DNA of 64,000 nt, taken from NCBI GenBank assembly GCA_964016885.1, contig OZ024741.1, positions 171,926,001 through 171,990,000 of the forward strand. The letters are read 5' to 3'. The translations under genes and the position numbers were made by a program. The stretch is from Eledone cirrhosa. Taxonomy: Eukaryota. The notes under the pieces are model-generated. The model searched no databases and had not been told where the DNA came from. It saw only the letters and a list, made by a program, of their open reading frames with translations. Below, piece by piece: positions 56,310 to 64,000 of this stretch (positions are counted from its first letter, which is position 1; each line of letters opens with the position of its first letter).

Positions 56310-56466
56310 TTAAAAAAGGAAAAGAATGACTTCACTTGTAGTTCTAAACAATTTGATTTAATTTTATAATATTATGATTTGGTAGATCTACCAAATCATA
56401 ATATAAAATTAAATCAAATTGTTTAGAACTACAAGTGAAGTCATTCTTTTCCTTTTTTTAAATATA
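56306..56466. repeat. Loop-less palindrome with ~80-bp arms next to (CA)n(TA)n
   Basis: Centre GGTAGA|TCTACC at 56386/56387. Confidence 0.9.
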
Positions 56467-56498
56467 CCTAACTGAACCAAGGATTTCACACAAGGATT

Positions 56499-56534
<36 letters not shown>

Positions 56535-57408
56535 TCTTGAGTGCTACTGGTAACATGTAACCCAGTACAACCTGTCGCATGGTCGGGTCGTCGGTGACTA
56601 AACCGGCAACCCGACCAAGTTTACTTGGTGAGGAGGTTGTTTTTGGACACCCTACAGGACAAAAAACAAAACCTGATAAAAGAGTCAACGGCCATCCAAA
56701 AGTGTGTTAATATGTATATACACATGTACCTCGCGGTTAAACCACTGGGAGAGAAGGACACCTAGCATTTGTCAGGGCATTATTCTAGGAGAAGGCAACT
56801 TAGGAACTGGGATAACTCTGATATAAAACCTGCGGCTCAGTAGTTACCACTGATGTTAATCTTTTCTTCTTTTCGGGTTATAGCTACTGTCGCTCAAAGC
56901 GTGGGATTGGCTCAGTGCACAATCTTCCCTCACTTTGAAAAACATCTTCACGCACAGGCATTGTACGATAGAATTAATTAATACTTATTAATAATGATAT
57001 ATCGTGTAATGGCCATACTCGATAACGAGTGGGCAGCCATCATATATATAAAGAGAGCTCGTAATTTCAATTCAACAGACTTTATTCATAGTCATGCGTA
57101 ACGCGTGTTTCGCAGTTGACTAGCTCTGGGTCATAAGTAGTTACGTAATAGTTCGGTATGAGGCAACTAAATTCTAGATTTGGTTTGCCCTAAAAATGAG
57201 TACATCGATTCCAAATTCAAGGTGCATGTCACGAATAAAGTATGTTGAATTGAATCTTCAAACTCTCTGTCATCAATGTAGACATTCTGCAGCTTACGCC
57301 TACAGAGATATCTGTATTAATCTCTACTCTTAATACTGAATCAAATACCGTTAATAGCACTGAATGCTGAAATGTGTACCCCATGTAGTGCTTAGGATTA
57401 AACAACAC

Positions 57409-57887
<479 letters not shown>

Positions 57888-58799
57888 GAGGGGGGAGGGA
57901 AGATGTCTTCAAACTTTCCGTCTACCAAACTCCAGTTCAATGACACTTGTTAACCTCAGACCTATAGTAGAATACACCTTTGTGTGTATTATGATGCAAT
58001 GGTTTGAGAACACCCTACCTGCCAGCCTTTTCATGTGTACATTTTAATATCTAGGATTTCGGCTTTTGGCAAAGCATTCATAAGATATTAGAATGTATCC
58101 TTAATTTCTAATTGGATGCCATTCACAAAGATGTTTGATTCAATACTGGATGTTGATTCCATAATGAACTACAAAGTCACAATCATATGCATAAAGCACT
58201 ACACGAATCAATATTTTCAATGCTTTAAACATATATTTGAATCCTTTAGATCAACGACTTTTCCTGTTGTTTAATTCTCAGCTTGTTACCAGTATCACAT
58301 TCTTGAAAGACATACATACATCTAAATACCTTACATACCTGCCTCCATACACACATATACATACGTAGCTACATACGTAAATAGAAATACACGAATAATC
58401 ACAGTAACTCACAAAGCCAAATGCAATTACATCACACACCACATAGACACAAATATACATAAATTAAAGTAAAGGTCCTTTAAATCCCAATGGAGTTGTA
58501 GGGGTATTGTTGTGAAACACAGCGTCTTAATATAAGAGAAAGGAAAATGCCTAAGAAGCTATACAACCCTGGATGTCTCTGTCCTACACCAACTGAATAT
58601 CTACCTATGCTCTCAAGCATTTCTTCAGCACTCGTTCATAGAGAGCACCACACACACACAGGTTAATAACCAAGGCCCCAGTAGGCCCAAGTATCCCCCT
58701 CCATGACACTGTTGGAGGTTCTCAACTACTAAACCAATACTGCTTGATGTCACGCCACCCTTTCTCTCATAACGCAACAAAGCTGCGAAACTCAAATTT

Positions 58800-59135
58800 C
58801 AATATGCTTCTGGCATAGAGAGCTAGTTGGTAACAAAAATCTCGACCGGCCCAACTGAATGTCAACCTCAATACAGCCCCCACACCCAGGCGCTAATCTC
58901 TCTCAGAGGGAGTGGGTGTCCTTGAATCGGCTACGCACAGGTGTCGGCCGATCCGATGCAGCTATGCACTATTGGAGACTGCGGCCATCAGTAGATTGCC
59001 AATGGGGCTCGCCAGAGCAGGCAGCAGAACACATACGGAGGGTGTGCCGAATATTCGCCTACCTGAGAGTGTGGACCGCAAGCACCATAATCCCACTACC
59101 GTGAGCTGGTTGCAACACCTGGGGAATTTAAGTGA
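58800..59135 (+). mobile_element. I/Ingi/Vingi-like LINE 3' fragment
   Basis: WVSLNRLRTGVGR..HYW..DCQWG..EQAAEHI...C degenerate zinc-finger C-terminus. Confidence 0.65.
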
Positions 59136-59330
59136 TGCTGTCTCTTTCTTAGGAGAAAGAAGAACGCTGCCAATTTCTTCTTCTTCTTCACCAACCTCGA
59201 AGAATTTGAGCGCAGTAAGCCGGAACAAAATTCAACCATAATATCTCAGCCAATTCACCGCCGTAAACAGAGAAATACAAACATACAAACGCACATGGGA
59301 ACGTTAATTAAAATTGGAATGTAATATAAT

Positions 59331-59513
59331 TGTTTCTACTTTTGACACAAGGCCAGCAATTATCCCAGTGTATTACTGGTACTTTATTTTATCGACCCCG
59401 TAAGGATGAAAGGCAAAGTTAACCTCGGCGGGATTTGAACTCAAACCATAAAAAGCCGTAACTCTTTGCTGCAAAGCATGGCGTCCGACCCTCTACCGAT
59501 ACTGCCAATCCAA
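59331..59513 (-). mobile_element. SINE with 16-bp TSD
   Basis: TGGAATGTAATATAAT at 59315-59330 and 59514-59529. Confidence 0.9.
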
Positions 59514-60128
59514 TGGAATGTAATATAATATGCGACAGAAAATGAGAAATATTGAAATGTGTCATGTTTTCAGGAATTAAAAGCAAAACTAAAATTATAA
59601 ACAAGATGGACAATAAAATACAATAACGATGATGACGACGATAATAAAAATTGAAGTTTAATTTATTTATTCCAATGCCAATTATCGTGTTATAGCATTC
59701 CATATTCTTTGTTATATTGTTGCTGGTATTCCAATTTAAATCATATGGTGTTGAGTAGTTAACATTTCTGCATAGAGTATTGTTCTGATCGTATATAAAA
59801 TTCTATAGCATACTATAGGACAAGCCAATAGATATTTTGCAATCTCAAAGCAGAACAAGCTGTTGCTGATGAAAATGTATTAACGTTTGAAACTATAGTC
59901 CAGCAGACTCTTCTTTTCGGTTCGCATTGTAAATGTATAACCGAACACACAGCCGTTTAAGATTACTCAAGGTATCTAATTAATATTAAATAATTTACAT
60001 GCTGTGACGGTTAAAATCTTTAGATTTATCCTACGTTGTACTATAGCACCCAAAATGAAACAAGGCAGCAATATATTTAAAGTTAAGAGTGTGTTATAGT
60101 TTGCTTGAAGCATTGTGTTAGTGTATAA

Positions 60129-60460
60129 AGTAATATATTATTCGAAGGCTACGACAATGAAAAATACACGGCAGATTTTGGAATGGATTGAAGGCACAGA
60201 ATATGATAGTGTGTCACTCGTTATTTTATTTACCTGTCTTAATATTCCGGACTGTCTTAATATTTCGGACTTGATCTCTAATGTCAAAAGCACGAACTCC
60301 GAGCCAGATTCTTATAGTGTTCTGGCGAAGTGTTTTTAGACCCTAAATATTAGGACAGGTAAATAAAATATCGAGTGACGCAACAACATTTTTGTTGCCT
60401 TCAATTTATTCCAAACTTTACCGCTCATTTTGCATTGACGTAACTTTAGAATAACTTACT
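60129..60460. repeat. Old diverged inverted repeat with ~115-bp arms (MITE-like or hairpin element)
   Basis: GTCACTCGTTATTTTATTTACCTGTC vs GACAGGTAAATAAAATATCGAGTGAC, with degenerate outer extension. Confidence 0.7.
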
Positions 60461-62909
60461 ACTTCATATGTAAAGTATTCAGATTGTTATGTATTGTTTG
60501 TTCAATGACATAAATCACTCCCTTACAGTAGTGTCAAAGTGGGACTTTCCACATAATCGACCTGTTGGAAATAGCAGCCAAATCTACATCGTATTACACA
60601 CAAAACCATCTTTTAAAAACGGGGGACGACATTCAATAATGTAGTATTTGTCATGGCTGGAATGTCTGAGCATATAGACGAGATCGTTCGATCAGCGTTG
60701 ACCCACATATAAACAACAACAACAATGATTAACGAACTGGTGAGGGACCATCTATTACCTAGAAATAACAGCCAAATCTACTCCAAATCCGACAATACCA
60801 TGTTATGGGATGGATACATGTGTGTGTTGGTGTGTTTATGAATGTAGCAGCACTTTCCCAGATATTTAACGTAGTTTGACAAGGCTCCTTGATTTCGAGG
60901 GTCAGTGCTTTATGCAGATGTTTTACACGGCTTAGTTGGAGACAAAAGGTTAGCCAACACCCATGACTAATTTTAAGAGTCCAAGACCGCTGAGAGGAAG
61001 AGGTTACTTTCAGACAGGAGTCATGCGTGCAGCAGAATAGAATCTGCTAAAGGATTCCAAAGTTTAGGCGAGGTTGTTAAACAACGTGATGAATTAAATC
61101 ACAAAACGAATTAAGTCTACCCTCCTCCAAAGGAGCGGTCCTTTCGGTGTACGTACACAAATTCTATTCCCACATTTCACTCAGAAGTGTTTGATCGACC
61201 TGGGGTTATGGTAGATCTCACTGCCCAAGGCGCTGCCATTGTACTACGTTCGTCAGACACTTAATTCTCAACTTAACTGTCGATGGTGAATAGTAAAATC
61301 CTCAATCTCAGTCCATCTATTATTTTGATTATGCTGTCTAATATTGTTAGACATTTTCTGATAATGATAAATAGAAAACAAAATAGTCTCTGAAATAATT
61401 ATACATATAACAATCACTTTATTTTTGTTCGTTAGCTGCATGTAGTTTATTTCGAGATTATGTAGAAAGAAAGAAAGGAAAACAGCTAAGAAACTATAAA
61501 AGAAAGGAAAGAGATATAAAAAGCGAGCAAGAGATAAAACAATCGAAATAAAAGCATGCCAAGAACGTAAAAAAAAAAAGCATGAAGAAAGAAAAAGAAG
61601 GAAGGAAAAATAATGTGAGACAGAAAAAAATAAAGAAAGTGTAAGCAGAGTGCGAGAGTTACATCAACAGAAAAGTAACCCTCTCATAAACAACAGCAAA
61701 AGATCGATGTTGTATGACTGGAAAAAAAGAAGAGATTGATGTGATTAAGTGATGGTAATAAGGTATAGTTCAATACTGAAATTGTTTCGATAATTAGGCT
61801 TTTTTTTTATTTCGCCCAATTCATTGAGGATAAAGTCTGATTGGATGGATCGACGACATTTTCTATTGACAGCTTAAATATGTTATGATTGGTTTTGGTT
61901 GATTGGAATTTTCTGTCGGTTTCTTTGTTTCTTTGTTTGTCTCTTTTCTTCCGTAGTTGCTATCAAAAAAAATATTTGTATTATTGCTAGAATGCTAATG
62001 GTTTCTAATATAGACACAAAGTCATCTCGGCAAAATTTGAACCTAGAACATAGAGTGCTTCAAGGAAATACACTCAGGCATCATGTCTGACGGTCTATGG
62101 ACTCCGCAAATCCATTTTAGTATAAATTATGGACAAAATATCTCCTTGGCATAACTTAAAACCAGAATTTATATATTTTCAGTATAACTATGTACAGCCT
62201 AAAGTCTTAGTCAATGCTCCAGTCATTCAGCTAACAATCGTTCTATAGAAGAAAATAACAGGGAGGACAAATAGAAAAAAAAATCTATATCAAATGCGGT
62301 TTGAACTCAGAACGTAGCCAAATGTAACTAGGAATGATTAAAAGACAAATTGTTAATTAATATTAATGACATCAACATTAACAGCAACAACAAATAGAAC
62401 AACAACGAAGAGGTTATATCGAAGGAAATAGTGATAATGACAATGATGATGGCGATGATGAAACCGAGCGATGAAGCAAAGAAGAATGTAAAATACAAAA
62501 CTGAAGAAAGAAGACAGGCAAACACAGAGTATGTCATAGTGAAAGTTATAGATAAATTATACAAAATATTGGTATGATTAACTCTTAATATCCAGCAATG
62601 ACAGCAGAAAATATCTCAAAACCAGTTTTGTTTATTAAAGTGTTTATAGTATCTTTACTAGTGGACTGATTGTTGTGAAATTTTGCAGTAATACGATAAT
62701 GTTTTTAATTCTTAATGTCATTTACTGTTTTGTACTTTTGAAGATTGAATTGCCAATTTGGTTTCATGGGGAACTGGGCATTAGAAGCTAAATAGGTAAA
62801 ACGCCAAGATCCTCTCTATCTCTCTCTCTCTCTCTTGCGCCCACGCGCGCGATTTATCTGTCTGTGTGTCAGATTGTCTGTCACTCAATCTGAAATGGGC
62901 CTTCTCTGT

Positions 62910-63170
62910 AAACCTGTAGGTTGAGGAAGATAAACAGAGGGAAGACAGGAACACCTACAACACGTGTTCCTGGTGTTGAGGGTTGTTCTATTCACGGGGT
63001 GTAAAACAACCCTGCAGTAACGTTCCCCCTATTGGGGATTTCAATTGTTATTTTATTATATATAGTTTATTGTTATTTATTAATGTTAAAGTTATATGAT
63101 TTTTATGTAAAACCCCCGCCGTCACGTCTTGTAATGTCCCATTTTTGTACGCCCCTGTGGCAAATAAATA
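62910..63170 (+). mobile_element. Tx1-like LINE 3' UTR-only insertion
   Basis: Reverse complement of ~33238-33493; followed by (TCTA)-like repeats. Confidence 0.85.
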
Positions 63171-64000
63171 AAGATATCTATTTGTCTATCTATCTATATA
63201 CAGAAATATATCTATATGTGTGTCTCTTTAACCTTCTCCAGCTCCCTATCTATCTATCTTTCTATCTATTCATCAGTCTCATCTCTATCTCCTCTTTGCC
63301 TGTGCCTCTGTATTTCTTTTTTCTTCTCTTTATCACCATGGCACTCTATTCCATTCATGTCTATCCATGTCTTCATTTTTTCTCTTTCTCTATTTCTCTA
63401 TCTCATATAAAATAGCTTCCCCTCCCTTCTCCATCTCCCTCTCTCTCTCACACCCCCTCACACCCCCCTCTCTCATTCTTTCTTTCTATATTTCACCAAT
63501 TCTGGAAGGACAAATTTGATTGACTGTGTCATTAGGATTTCATTCATATTTGAAATTGTCTCATGATTACTTGGCTTGTTGAGGAGAAATATTTTGGTTG
63601 ATTAGATGTATGTCTGTGGTGGGGTAATTTTATCACTTCTGTTAAACTTTGAAAAGAACTGAAGGAATATTTAGACAAAGTATATAACAGAAAAACAAGT
63701 AAGAAAATAAGGAAAAATAATAAGAAAAAACTAAATCTGTAAAAGATAAAAGAACCGTTTAAATATGTGAAGGAATTTATAAAACAAAGGAAAATAATAG
63801 ATAATGAGTCACAAGTAGGAAGGGATAAAATGAAAAAAAAAAACCATGCTAGTGATAAGACGGACACTAAAATTAGCATGGTATATTGCGGTGTGTGTTT
63901 GGTGAATTTAATGACATCAATAAAAGTAGAATGTGGCGGTTATGCCCGAAGCGAGAAGTGATTGACCTCTGTATCATACCGGTAATGGTTTCTGGAACAT

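Noticed and set aside
56535-56960. Possible RTE 5' UTR or HDV-like ribozyme region
   Set aside because: Only vague similarity (CTAGGAGAAGGCAAC); the nested pseudoknot could not be built by eye

Overview
Repeat-dominated, AT-rich eukaryotic DNA with no recognisable host gene. The tRNA-derived SINE family and microsatellite load suggest an octopod cephalopod (inference from recalled SINE similarity). Bases 1-23 kb and 58-64 kb hold decayed LINEs (RTE, R4/Dong-like, Tx1/L1-like, CRE-like, I/Ingi-like), SINEs, a hAT MITE, a Helitron helicase fragment and simple repeats. The notable part is 24-57 kb: a dense cluster of Penelope-like retroelements (PLEs; YRDD reverse transcriptase, CxCx5Cx5C linker, C-terminal GIY-YIG) and about a dozen short non-coding insertions. 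Nearly all sit in (TA)n tracts, are built as head-to-head inverted repeats, and most carry hand-foldable type I hammerhead ribozyme (HHR) motifs. The centrepiece is a ~7.1 kb near-perfect palindrome (45976-53055) of two head-to-head PLE copies, one with an intact 773-aa ORF. All folds and alignments were done by eye and need computational confirmation.
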